Shown piece by piece: positions 1-9,479 of a stretch of DNA of 64,000 bases (position 1 is the stretch's first letter; each line of letters begins with the position of its first letter). Position numbers and translations under genes: made by a program. Source of the DNA: an uncultured delta proteobacterium (lineage in GTDB: Bacteria > Desulfobacterota > Binatia > Bin18); assembly GCA_963733195.1 (NCBI GenBank), contig CAVTCR010000062.1:288001-352000 (forward strand), written 5' to 3'. Under the pieces are notes generated by a model. The model did not search any database. It saw only the letters and a list, made by a program, of their open reading frames with translations, and had not been told where the DNA came from.

Positions 1-467
1 CGATACAGAAAGAGGAAAAACAGAAACGCGGCCACCATACACACGGTAAGCGTCATATCGACCCGTGCAGTCGTCGCAGCTCGGCTCCACTCAAAACTCG
101 TTGCCAGCACAACCGCTGCGACTACCCCAGCCTCAACACCCCACAGTGCAACGCCGGTGCTATAGGTCAACAGCACGCCAATGGTGGCTAGCGCTGCTGA
201 CGGAAACCGAATAGCGAACTCGTTCACTCCGCCACATGCGTAAGAGACAAGTGCCCCAAGCCAATGGAAGAGTGGTGGTTTTGAGGGAATGATATGCCCA
301 TTCCGTAGGGGCAGTATCCATTCTTGGGTCGTGTAGATCTCCCAAACAACTGTCGCTTCTCGTGGTTCGCCCTTCGTATAAAAGGGTTCATCCCCAAGCC
401 CCCACCAGTAGAGCAGGACACATAACAAAGTGAGAGCAACACCGGTCAGAACCGCCTGCTGGCGCAT
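1..467 (-). CDS. ArnT/PMT-like membrane glycosyltransferase, 5' part (runs off window start)
   Basis: Manual translation from ATG at 467: MRQQAVLTGVALTLLCVLLYWWGLGDEPFYTKGEPREATVVWEIYTTQEWILPLRNGHIIPSKPPLFHWLG...VNEFAIRFPSA...ARVDM; collinear with the neighbouring ArnT-like gene; absent from the ORF track because it has no stop in the window. Confidence 0.85.
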   Translation of the reverse strand, partial: MRQQAVLTGVALTLLCVLLYWWGLGDEPFYTKGEPREATVVWEIYTTQEWILPLRNGHIIPSKPPLFHWLGALVSYACGGVNEFAIRFPSAALATIGVLLTYSTGVALWGVEAGVVAAVVLATSFEWSRAATTARVDMTLTVCMVAAFLFFLFLY

Positions 468-543
468 ACAGCATCCATAGAGCAAAAGTACGATTGTGAG
501 TTTTTAGCGGAAGTAGCACTAGGCGAACAGCCCGTTCCTATAG

Positions 544-2397
544 TCAGGGGACAGGGGCTATGCGCTCCGTCGGTTGAGACTGAGGCACTGGCAGCAATTC
601 GGTTTGCTTGTTTTTCGCTGTGGTTGTTGTTGGTGGAGTTTCGTCCCCATCTTCATGTTCAACCGTTGGCGATTTTTTCTCCACAGGTAAGGCCGGCAAT
701 ACAGCAATCAACGCTAACCGATGCTTCTTATCCGGCCCTTTTCCATCGCTGGCAACTAGATGTTCAAACCGTAAGTCAGATCCCGCCACAAGCGCAGGCC
801 AATCCTCTTCCCACATCAATAAATATGATGGCGATCCATTGGTGGTATCGACCGGAAAGTCGGCAAGATTTCCCTTAAATACAGGAATGTGTCGTGCGGC
901 ATAAAAGATTGCCCCATAATCATAAACCCCATCGTAAAAATACAACGGCGCATTCTTCACCGTTGAACGAACGCCGAGCATGAACGGCTTGTATGTTCGC
1001 TCCTGCGCCAGAAGCGGATGGAACAGCGCCTTCGTAAAGTACAGTGAGGATGAGGTAGCAACAGTCAATGCCGCAAAGACATACATCCACTGATTGTGAC
1101 GTATGCCCCAGATATACCATCCGACAGCAAAGACTAGCATGAGTAACCAAATAACGACAACCGCAAATTGCTGCTGGATACTCTCGGCCACCACAGGAAG
1201 GTTGCGTACATCACGCGGATGCAAGAACGGAGAAATCCAATGCTCAAGGTCGACCCCTAAACCATGCGCAGTCAGCAACGCAACCATCAGAACCAATCCG
1301 GTACAAATAAGTAGGGCGACAGCGCGAGCCCCTTTATCGATTACTGGCGAGAATCGTAAAGATCTGTCCACCAATTCCTGCCACCACACTCCAAGTGCCA
1401 TGGCCACCGCAGGATATAAAGGTAACAGATAGTTTCCTCGCTTCCCAGAGGCAAGAGAGAAAAATACAAATCCGCCTAAAAACCATACAACTAAATACAG
1501 AAGTTTTTTCTCCTGCAAGCGCGAGCGATAGAGGAAGTACCCGACTAACGGAAAAAACAGACTCCAGGGAAACATGCCAACAAATAGAGTCGGGATATAA
1601 TAGTAAAATGCATGATCACGACTGGGGCCTCCAGTTTCACTGTCGAAAAAGCGAAACACATTTTCGTCTAATACCTGTCGACGGAAAAATTCCCACCCTC
1701 CGAACCAAGAGGCAAGCAGATACCAAGAAATTGCTACACTCCCGACGATGGCCGCGCCCTTTACGAGTTGCATGCGCTTGAGAAAGGAGAGTTCCCGCGT
1801 CAGATAGAGAAAGAGCAAGACCGTGAGCCCAGGCAGTACAACTCCGAGTGGACCTTTTGCGAGAGTCGCGAACCCAATACTGAGATAAAAGATCCACAAA
1901 GTTCGCGGCTCAGTGGCACGTTCTCGCCACAGCCAGAAAAACGACATCGATGCCGCCGTCAAGAAGAAACAGAGAACGATGTCGCTGCGTGCATAGACAG
2001 CCCAGCGCATCCATTCAGGGGACGTCGTGAGAATCAGGGCCGAAAATAACCCGACCCGCCAGTTCCACAATCGTTGGGCAAAGAAAAATGTGAGCAGGAC
2101 TGTAGCCGTGGCAAAAAGTGCGGACGGAGACCGTACGGCAAATTCATTCACTTTGCCGCTGATGAGCCCAATGAATGCGCCACACCAATGGAACAATGGG
2201 GGTTTGAGTGGCAATTCGGTCCCGTTACGTTTGGGTAAGATCCATCCACCGTCGTTGAGCATTTCCCAAACGATGAGCGCTTCCTTTGATTCCTCGTAAT
2301 TATAGAAGGGGATTTTACCCAACTCCCAAAAGTACAAGAGGAAACAGAGGAGGAAGAGACCGATTATGGTCTGCCGGGTTCGCTGCCACTCACTCAT
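544..2397 (-). CDS. ArnT-like (GT83/GT39) lipid-linked glycosyltransferase
   Basis: 617 aa polytopic membrane protein with KPPLFHW, R-PSA, LAKGP and K-x-x-Y-LLP motifs typical of the ArnT family. Confidence 0.85.
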   Translation of the reverse strand: MSEWQRTRQTIIGLFLLCFLLYFWELGKIPFYNYEESKEALIVWEMLNDGGWILPKRNGTELPLKPPLFHWCGAFIGLISGKVNEFAVRSPSALFATATVLLTFFFAQRLWNWRVGLFSALILTTSPEWMRWAVYARSDIVLCFFLTAASMSFFWLWRERATEPRTLWIFYLSIGFATLAKGPLGVVLPGLTVLLFLYLTRELSFLKRMQLVKGAAIVGSVAISWYLLASWFGGWEFFRRQVLDENVFRFFDSETGGPSRDHAFYYYIPTLFVGMFPWSLFFPLVGYFLYRSRLQEKKLLYLVVWFLGGFVFFSLASGKRGNYLLPLYPAVAMALGVWWQELVDRSLRFSPVIDKGARAVALLICTGLVLMVALLTAHGLGVDLEHWISPFLHPRDVRNLPVVAESIQQQFAVVVIWLLMLVFAVGWYIWGIRHNQWMYVFAALTVATSSSLYFTKALFHPLLAQERTYKPFMLGVRSTVKNAPLYFYDGVYDYGAIFYAARHIPVFKGNLADFPVDTTNGSPSYLLMWEEDWPALVAGSDLRFEHLVASDGKGPDKKHRLALIAVLPALPVEKKSPTVEHEDGDETPPTTTTAKNKQTELLPVPQSQPTERIAPVP

Positions 2398-2499
2398 GCA
2401 GCACCTCGAACATCGTTACAGGCACCTATACGCTGCTGTTCCGCCTGTCAAACCCCTCATTCCCAATCAGCACTTCACGATTTACAATTTGCAATTGTT

Positions 2500-2856
2500 A
2501 TGCGCGCACCAGCAGTTTTGCTTAATGTCGTCATCGCAAGCGCCCTCGGTGGGTTGTCCGGCTACATGCTCGCGCAAAAAGGGAGTCGGCAAGAAATTAC
2601 AACGCTACGCCAGGAATACCAAGCAGCTCTCGTGCGTGAGCAAGAGTTACGCACACAGCTGGAATCTGCTCTCACTGCTCGGGCAGCATTGGAGCAACAA
2701 TCTCAACATTTACAAACAGAACTTGCTGAACGGCTACGTCGGCTTGAGGACCTTGCAGCAAAACTCAACCCATTCCCCAATCCGCCGACAACAGAAGCTC
2801 CGGTTGACACTGGCCCAGAGGGGAAGAATGACAACAGTCCCCCTCAAGAGGATTGA
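2500..2856 (+). CDS. hypothetical protein, N-terminal membrane anchor plus coiled coil
   Basis: 118 aa, hydrophobic N-terminus followed by a heptad-rich helix. Confidence 0.65.
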   Translation: MRAPAVLLNVVIASALGGLSGYMLAQKGSRQEITTLRQEYQAALVREQELRTQLESALTARAALEQQSQHLQTELAERLRRLEDLAAKLNPFPNPPTTEAPVDTGPEGKNDNSPPQED

Positions 2857-2867
2857 TGGGGTTGGCG

Positions 2868-3125
2868 CTACTTACGTCGCAACAGACGATATTCTGAAAG
2901 CATCCGCTCTACACGTTCCTGCTCAGAGGCGTATTTTCGCATGCCAAGAAAGAATTTGACGAGTTCATCTTCACTCGCCTCTTCTGTGGGTTGTAGCACT
3001 TTCAGCAGTTCGTCAACCAAGCTGGGGAATTTTTCGCTAGGGATATAGTAATGCGCCCAACCGAATTCGCAGTGACGATGGAGGATTTTGGCTATGGTTT
3101 TCTCCAGGCTCTCCCGTCCAGCCAT
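2868..3125 (-). CDS. hypothetical protein
   Basis: 85 aa ORF with protein-like composition, ATG start, GGAGGG upstream, fills the gap. Confidence 0.6.
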   Translation of the reverse strand: MAGRESLEKTIAKILHRHCEFGWAHYYIPSEKFPSLVDELLKVLQPTEEASEDELVKFFLGMRKYASEQERVERMLSEYRLLRRK

Positions 3126-3239
3126 GAACGTTCGCCCTCCTTCAAATCTATACGCGCCGCTACCTTAGTGGCTCTGCTCCTCAGAGTCAAGGTAAAGCCC
3201 CCTTTCCTCCGGTGTTCACTTCTGTCACAACAACCGCCG

Positions 3240-3917
3240 ATGAAAAAGCCCACCGTGTCGCGCTGGCAGTTCGCTCATCCCGCAACCATTCGCGCCTTTC
3301 AGCGTCGGCTCATTGCCTGGTACCAAAAGCATGGTCGAGATTTACCGTGGCGTCGCACGCGTGATCCATACGCCATTTTGGTTTCCGAAATCATGCTACA
3401 ACAAACTCAAGTACAACGAGCAACGTTGTATTACGAGAAATTTCTCCAACGTTATCCCACCGTTGAAGAACTCGCCCGTGCAGATGAACCAGAAGTCCGT
3501 GAAACCTGGGAAGGCCTTGGGTACTATGCCCGCGCTCGTAACTTACAGCGTACCAGTCAAAAGATTGTCAACGAATATGAAGGACGTTTTCCCAAAGACC
3601 CCACAGAGCTAGAAACGTTTCCCGGTATTGGCCCCTATACGGCTGGTGCGGTGGCAAGTTTTGCGTTCCGTAAAGACGCTGCGATCCTTGATACCAATGC
3701 TGAACGGGTATTAACGCGTTTCTTTGCGCTTGCGCCAGAGCGACAAACGTCTCGGTTCTTGTGGGACATTGCACATCGAGTGACACCGAAAGGCAAAGCG
3801 TACCTGTTCAATCAAGCGATCATGGATGTTGGAGCGACAATCTGTGTGGCACGCACGCCACGCTGCACGGCGTGTCCATTACGTTCAGTGTGTAAGAGCG
3901 TCACAACCAAGACATAA
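3240..3917 (+). CDS. mutY: A/G-specific adenine glycosylase MutY (short form)
   Basis: RDLPWRR, VSEIMLQQTQV, GLGYYARARNL, HhH PGIGPYTA, DTN, and 4Fe-4S motif CVARTPRCTACPLRSVC; start taken at MKKPTV. Confidence 0.9.
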   Translation: MKKPTVSRWQFAHPATIRAFQRRLIAWYQKHGRDLPWRRTRDPYAILVSEIMLQQTQVQRATLYYEKFLQRYPTVEELARADEPEVRETWEGLGYYARARNLQRTSQKIVNEYEGRFPKDPTELETFPGIGPYTAGAVASFAFRKDAAILDTNAERVLTRFFALAPERQTSRFLWDIAHRVTPKGKAYLFNQAIMDVGATICVARTPRCTACPLRSVCKSVTTKT

Positions 3918-3988
3918 GGCAATTGCGGTTCTTTTGTAGCACGACTCACAGTCGCTAGACTTGTTGTGACTTCAGACTATTTTTCCCA

Positions 3989-4119
3989 TTCATCATTCTG
4001 CATTCATCGTTCATCATTTCGTGTTCCTCGTTTCGTACGACTCCCAGACTCTCAGACTCCTAGACTTTCCGCATCCTGGCCCGTTTTCATCATTTTTGCC
4101 TTTTGCCCTTTGACTTTTT
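3989..4119. repeat. cluster of three different short tandem arrays (TTCATCA-like, GACTCCCA-like, TTTTGCC-like)
   Basis: ttcatca-ttctgca-ttcatcg-ttcatca; gactccca-gactctca-gactccta; ttttgcc-ttttgcc-ctttgac. Confidence 0.8.
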
Positions 4120-4132
4120 TCAAAGGAAGTTG

Positions 4133-4275
4133 GGACTCGGTCTTCCCTCATCCCAGCTGATGGGCTTTACCTGCAGCCTACGGTTACCGCCACACGTCCT
4201 ATGAGCGCTAGAGTCTCTGGGATTCGTGAAACGGTAAGGGGTCGCGGAAAAACGCTCTGGAAAAGAACCGAGACT
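4133..4275. ncRNA. candidate structured RNA (family unassigned)
   Basis: Nested complementarity: ctcggtctt/aagaaccgag, atcccag/ctgggat, gggcttta/tagagtct, plus a gcg-gaaaaa-cgc hairpin. Confidence 0.3.
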
Positions 4276-4347
4276 GGCAGGCACAGCCTGCCCTACGACG
4301 CCTCCGCATGGCTACGGAATTTCACCGTAGGGCGGGCTGCGCCCGCC
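4276..4347. repeat. inverted pair of GTAG-type REP palindromes
   Basis: ggcaggcacagcctgccctacg (4276-4297, reverse) and cgtagggcgggctgcgcccgcc (4326-4347); same family recurs at 54644, 58072 and 61310. Confidence 0.75.
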
Positions 4348-4537
4348 ATCGTATCCCCTCAGAGAGATTCTGGCTCCCACTAGAATCTCCCTGTGGAACG
4401 TCGCATCGTAAAGTGTAGGAATATTTTGCAAGCTCTGGCTTGGGTTTGTGAACTGCTCTTTCAGGCTTACAATAAGAATAGAAGCACCTTCAAAAACCAC
4501 CTGAGGTTCCGATAACATCAGAGAGGGGGTACATAAC

Positions 4538-5884
4538 ATGGAAAAGAAATCACGCCGGCCCAAAAAAGACGAATATCGCATGCGCACGCAGATGATTCAC
4601 GGGATTCCTAACAGCACACGCTGGGACTACGACCATCATGTCGTGCCACCGATCTCTGCCTCAACGACGTTCCGCCTAAGTTCAGCCTATCGCGGCGCCC
4701 GTGGCTTTGCCAATTTCGCCAACGATGCAGCTAACCTCACCTCTCAGGTGCCGATCTATATTTATGATCGCCTGGATGAACCGACACGCGGGATGCTGGA
4801 AGATGCGCTGGCGCATGCCGAAGGTGGGGAATCTGCTGTGTGTTTCGCTACCGGTATGGCGGCGGTTACTGCGGCCCTAGGAGTAACAGTCAAAGCCGGT
4901 GAAGAAGTAGTCGCCCATCGTGTCGTCTATGGTTGCACTTACAGCCTCATGACGAACTGGCTTCCGCGCTATCAAGTGAATACGCGTTTTGTTGATCTTA
5001 CTGATGAGCAGGCGTTACGTGCCGCCATCAATGACCGCACGCGCGTGGTCTACTTCGAGACACCGGTCAACCCTACTCTTCAGCTTATCGATATCGCTGC
5101 TGTGCGGCGGGTCGTCGATGAAGCAAATAAAGGACGCCAAGAGCCTATTCTGATCATCGTCGATAACACGTTCTCAACTCCCTATTGCCAGCGCCCGCTC
5201 GAACAAGGAGCGCATGTCGTCCTTCACAGCCTTACCAAAGATATTGGTGGCTTCGGCACCGACATGGGCGGTGCAGTGATTGCTCCACGTGAATTGCACA
5301 GTCCGTTGCTCATGTACCGTAAGGATTTTGGCGGGGTATTATCATCGAAGAGCGCGTGGACGTTTCTTGTCTACGGACTGCCAACGCTGGCGACGCGCAT
5401 GGTCAATCAGCAAAAGAGTGCAACCAAGGTCGCGCAGTTTTTACAAGAGCATCCGCTCATCGCTAAAGTCGTCTACCCAGGTCTCGAAAACTTTGCCCAG
5501 CGAGAACTTGCCATGCGCCAGATGACCGACTATCGCGGCAAATTTGCGCCTGGATCGATGTTGTCGTTCACCGTAAAAGACCCAAGCGCTGACAACCGCG
5601 TAGCCGAAGCGTTTATCGATTATATCGCCGAACATGCGTATTCGATCACCCTAGCGGTGAGTCTCGGTCATATCAAAACCCTGATCGAGAATCCGTATTC
5701 GATGACCCATGCCGCACTGCCAGCAGCGGAGAAGCTTGCTCGCGGAGTCGAACCGGGAATGTTACGACTCTCGCTTGGACTCGAAGACTGGCAAGACATT
5801 ATCGAGGACCTGAGTAACGCGCTCGATGCCGTTGCAGGCCTGTGCAATGAGAAACCGGCAGCACCAGTGACGGCGGTGCGGTAA
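4538..5884 (+). CDS. Cys/Met metabolism PLP enzyme, probable methionine gamma-lyase
   Basis: FATGMAA, YGCT (MGL-type Tyr/Cys), ETPVNPT, DNTF, SLTK (PLP lysine), AVSLG, SMTH, RLSLGLED. Confidence 0.85.
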   Translation: MEKKSRRPKKDEYRMRTQMIHGIPNSTRWDYDHHVVPPISASTTFRLSSAYRGARGFANFANDAANLTSQVPIYIYDRLDEPTRGMLEDALAHAEGGESAVCFATGMAAVTAALGVTVKAGEEVVAHRVVYGCTYSLMTNWLPRYQVNTRFVDLTDEQALRAAINDRTRVVYFETPVNPTLQLIDIAAVRRVVDEANKGRQEPILIIVDNTFSTPYCQRPLEQGAHVVLHSLTKDIGGFGTDMGGAVIAPRELHSPLLMYRKDFGGVLSSKSAWTFLVYGLPTLATRMVNQQKSATKVAQFLQEHPLIAKVVYPGLENFAQRELAMRQMTDYRGKFAPGSMLSFTVKDPSADNRVAEAFIDYIAEHAYSITLAVSLGHIKTLIENPYSMTHAALPAAEKLARGVEPGMLRLSLGLEDWQDIIEDLSNALDAVAGLCNEKPAAPVTAVR

Positions 5885-5887
5885 GTA

Positions 5888-6025
5888 GTAGAGACGCCCC
5901 GCCGAGGCGTTTCCCTTGGTTGGGTTACAGGAATCTCCCTCACCCGCATCCGCTTTCGCGTCTGCTTCCCTCTCCCAGTGGGAGAGCTTGTCCTTCGCGT
6001 AGTCGGAGGAGGACAGGGTGAGGGT
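5888..6025. repeat. REP-like palindromes between convergent genes
   Basis: gtagagacgcc...ggcgtttcc hairpin, plus ccctcaccc...ctctcccagtgggagag...gggtgaggg nested inverted repeat. Confidence 0.6.
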
Positions 6026-6045
6026 ATTAATATTCCTCGTTTTCT

Positions 6046-7357
6046 TTAGAAACTCACTTCCAGGCCTGCAGAGGGAATCACATCAGCCCGTATCCCATCG
6101 TTGTTGAGCGGCAGAAAGACATTCGCGTAGCCGACGATAGCCCCATAGATGTTGGCTTTGAACCCAACCGCAAGATCGACGATGTCAGGCCGTACCTTGG
6201 TGCTGAAGGTTCTTGTCGTAGGTAGTGTTGTCGGTGTCGCTTCAGATGTTCCAGGTGCATTCACAAACTGCGGTACTTGCACCGAAAGACGGTCATTTTT
6301 TAGATACGAACTCCCAACGATATCGACGTTCAAGGCCAACTGATCGATCAGTGAAAATGCGACCCCTGCGCCATAGCGCGCGCGGGTCCGATCTGAGTCA
6401 TCCCAGTTGAACTCGATGCCGCCAGTCGCATGCAGATGGAATCGCCAATATTCCTGCGAAAGAGCAAGGAAGGGGGTGAGTCATAGTGTCACCAAGGCCC
6501 TGAAAATCGTCTTCATCCCCGGTCGGCAGCCGTAACGTCAAACCAGCTGCAAGATTGAATCCATTATTATCTATAAGGTGATATTTCGTCCGTAGAAGAA
6601 GGTCGCCAATGCCAACTGGATCATCAGACGTTGAACGCACTTCAGTATCTTCCCCTGTCGCGTTATCAAACGAGTGCGTATCCGTACCGCTTTCGTTGTT
6701 CAGCACTGCCTGCGCACGCATTCGAAAATGGGTAAAAACAAAGGGCAATAGAATATTCACATCCCAGCGATCAGTAACACCGTAGGTCGCAAACAAAGAG
6801 AAAACATGCGACTGCAAAGTGAACTTTTCGAAGAATAAGGCAGCCGTATCTTGTTCAAAAGCCGGGACATTAGGACTAGGAGGGGGATTTGGCGTATTGC
6901 AGCAGTCATTATGCTCCAGGTCTCGGAATGAGAGACGATCCAGATTTTTCCCGTTGAGTTCATCAAAATCGATAAAGAGATAGGAAAAGCCGAAATCAAC
7001 TTTCCCGCGGCCAAGTGTCTCTGGTCGTTCGACAAACACCGGTCCTAACAAGTTCGAGGAGCGCTCAAACACTTGTAATTGCATGTTGTACTGGTAGGTA
7101 AACCCCGGTGCAGTCGAAATTGCCGGAAAATCGGCAGCCGAAGCAGCCATTTGCTTCACCAGGAGATCAAGAGTCGCCAGACTCGTACTGGTAAAATGCG
7201 CTTGATGCGGGACGGCATTGTCATCCACATCAGCCTCGATTCCACGGTCGCCAAAGAGCAGACTAATCCGATCCGATAAGCTGCGAGCTTCTGCCAACCC
7301 GGAGCACCCTACCACGAACGTCGCAAACACGAGTCCTGTCAAGATCTTAGCACGCAT
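6046..7357 (-). CDS. putative outer-membrane beta-barrel (MetA-pathway/transporter-like), frameshifted near 6340-6490
   Basis: Signal peptide MRAKILTGLVF..., GIGDLLLRTKY and LTLRLPTGD motifs, C-terminal aromatic GLEVSF; split over ORFs 6398..7408 and 6046..6339. Confidence 0.7.
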
Positions 7358-7600
7358 CACGCCCTCTCCCCTTTTCACACCGCAGACATTTATTTTGGCT
7401 TCCCCCACAGGGTCAATCAGAAACTACAACTCCCAATAGAAAGTCATATCTAGCGTATGGCGTGCAATGGCAAAAGTCAAAAGTCGATATATCCTCGACC
7501 TATCTCAAGGATAGGGCCGGTCCACTAGTGAAATAGAAAGAAGCAGTTGATAAGTCCGCCTGGAAAAAGATACGATGCAGGTCTAATACGGTGTGTCTTC

Positions 7601-8038
7601 ATGACTGAAAAACGGACAAGAGCGAGCAAGCAACTCCAATTTCTTCATTGGGGTGTTCTTTCTACGCTCGTTGTTCACCTCCTGACCCATTGTGCACTCG
7701 GTCCGCTGGCTCATCTACGCTTCTTGGGGGATGCAACACCGGCATACCACGCCAGTGGCAAAGACTGCATGCATCCTGTTGCCGACCACACCTCGAGTCC
7801 GTCTTCAGAACAACACCGCTCTGGTCTGCCAGGAACGTGCGATGAACTGGCCGGAGCCCATAAAGCGACAGTCTCGGCGTCTTCACAGACTATCGATGTT
7901 CCCCACTTTGCGCAGATTCTTTCTTTCTTCGATCTTCACACATTGACTGCGGGAGTGCAGATGCTCTCCGCTGCGCCTGTTCTTTCTTGTTGCTCTTCGT
8001 CCTCCTTGTATCTGCAGGGCGTTGCCTTGTTGATTTGA
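7601..8038 (+). CDS. small His/Cys-rich exported-type protein upstream of efflux operon (CzcI/DUF2946-like position)
   Basis: Hydrophobic N-terminal segment, scattered His/Cys residues, C-terminal LYLQGVALLI; position before czcC. Confidence 0.55.
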   Translation: MTEKRTRASKQLQFLHWGVLSTLVVHLLTHCALGPLAHLRFLGDATPAYHASGKDCMHPVADHTSSPSSEQHRSGLPGTCDELAGAHKATVSASSQTIDVPHFAQILSFFDLHTLTAGVQMLSAAPVLSCCSSSSLYLQGVALLI

Positions 8039-8215
8039 CCCATCCTCTTCCTTTGTGTTGTTGTCGAGCCAGAGACCAGAGGTCGGAGTGGTCAGCCACC
8101 CTCCCGTCCTGATCAGCACTCTGACTTGATCCTTCAGTACGAAACGCTCGGCAAGACTTACCAACAAAAAACGGAAGCCTTACCCCGGCAGGAAGGAAGC
8201 CGGAGGAGGGACGTA

Positions 8216-9466
8216 ATGACAAGACGTCTGTGGTCCGTACTCATACTAGCGGCGGTGGCCATCGTGCCACAGTCGAGCGAGGGGCAAGAACGCCCAGCAT
8301 TGACTCCGGCTGAAGCCTTGATGCTGGCACGGGATCACAACCCTGAACTCTTAGCGGCTCGTCAGGAACTAGAGATCGCACGCGGTCGGCTAATTAAAGC
8401 CCGCTATCCTAGCCAATTTAACCCAGAGCTTGCGACAGAAGTCACGGATCGCTCGCGTGGCGAGCCAGGGGAGCGTGGGAATTCCGTTGATTTTGCCGTC
8501 ACACTCTCGCAGCAAATCGAAATCGGGGGACAGCGCGAGAAGCGCATTGAGGAAGCGGAGCGCCATGTTGCTGTCGTCATACAACGAGTGAAAGATCGCG
8601 AACGACTCATCTTGGCGCAGGTGAAGGACCGTTTCTATCGCGCTCTTTCTTTGCATCGTCGCGGTGACCTCTTCCGCCATGTCGAAGATCTCACCCGCCG
8701 TCTCCGTACTGCGGCAGCCAAGCGTTTCCAAGCTGGAGAGATAACCAAACTCGAAGTGAACCTTGCCGAAATTCAACTGGGGCAAGCTCGCCGTGATACG
8801 TTGATTGCCGAACGAGACTACCGCAACATGCTGCAAGAGTTGGAGCGTCTGCTTGGCCAGGAACCACGCGGCACCATCGCGTTGGCTGGACAGCTGACTG
8901 TCCGGCCCCAGACGGTGGATGAACAAACGATATTGCAACAAGCGCTCGAAACACGTCCTGATTTGCAGGGCGCCCGCGCAGAGCTGGGACGAATCGATGT
9001 CGAAACTGAACTGACACGCCGCTTAGCACTCCCCAATCCAACACTGAGCTTTGTCTACCGTGAGGAAGAGAAACGTGACTACATCGCCGGGGCAGAAATC
9101 CGCTTTCCCTTGCCGATCTTTGATCGCAAGCAAGCAGAATTACTCCAACTCGCCGGTCGGAAAGAACAGGCCGGACACGAACGACAGAGCATCGAACTGC
9201 AAATCCGTCAGGAAGTGTCGGAGGCGTTGCGCACGTATAACACCGCCAAGGCAGAAGTCGAGGTTTATGAGCAAGATGTCTTAGAACGAGCGACAGAGAA
9301 CTTTCAGCTTATCGAAGTCGCCTATCGTGAAGGACAAATCAATCTGTTGCAACTGGTGGTGGTACAGACGAATCTGGTGACTGCTCAGCTCTCGTATATC
9401 GACGCTCTCAGCGCCTATTGGCAAGCCCGCATTGCATTGGAGCGAGCCACCGGGACGGATCTGTAG
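8216..9466 (+). CDS. czcC: TolC-family outer membrane efflux protein (CzcC-like)
   Basis: Signal peptide, NPEL, P-L-PIFDR and YREG.I.LL OEP repeats; GGAGG RBS; operon context. Confidence 0.85.
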   Translation: MTRRLWSVLILAAVAIVPQSSEGQERPALTPAEALMLARDHNPELLAARQELEIARGRLIKARYPSQFNPELATEVTDRSRGEPGERGNSVDFAVTLSQQIEIGGQREKRIEEAERHVAVVIQRVKDRERLILAQVKDRFYRALSLHRRGDLFRHVEDLTRRLRTAAAKRFQAGEITKLEVNLAEIQLGQARRDTLIAERDYRNMLQELERLLGQEPRGTIALAGQLTVRPQTVDEQTILQQALETRPDLQGARAELGRIDVETELTRRLALPNPTLSFVYREEEKRDYIAGAEIRFPLPIFDRKQAELLQLAGRKEQAGHERQSIELQIRQEVSEALRTYNTAKAEVEVYEQDVLERATENFQLIEVAYREGQINLLQLVVVQTNLVTAQLSYIDALSAYWQARIALERATGTDL

Positions 9467-9479
9467 AGGAAGTGCCGCA

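Noticed and set aside
4133-4275. SAM-I riboswitch or hammerhead ribozyme
   Set aside because: Only partial motif resemblance. The SAM-like words are on the strand opposite the lyase gene, and CTGATGG deviates from the hammerhead core.
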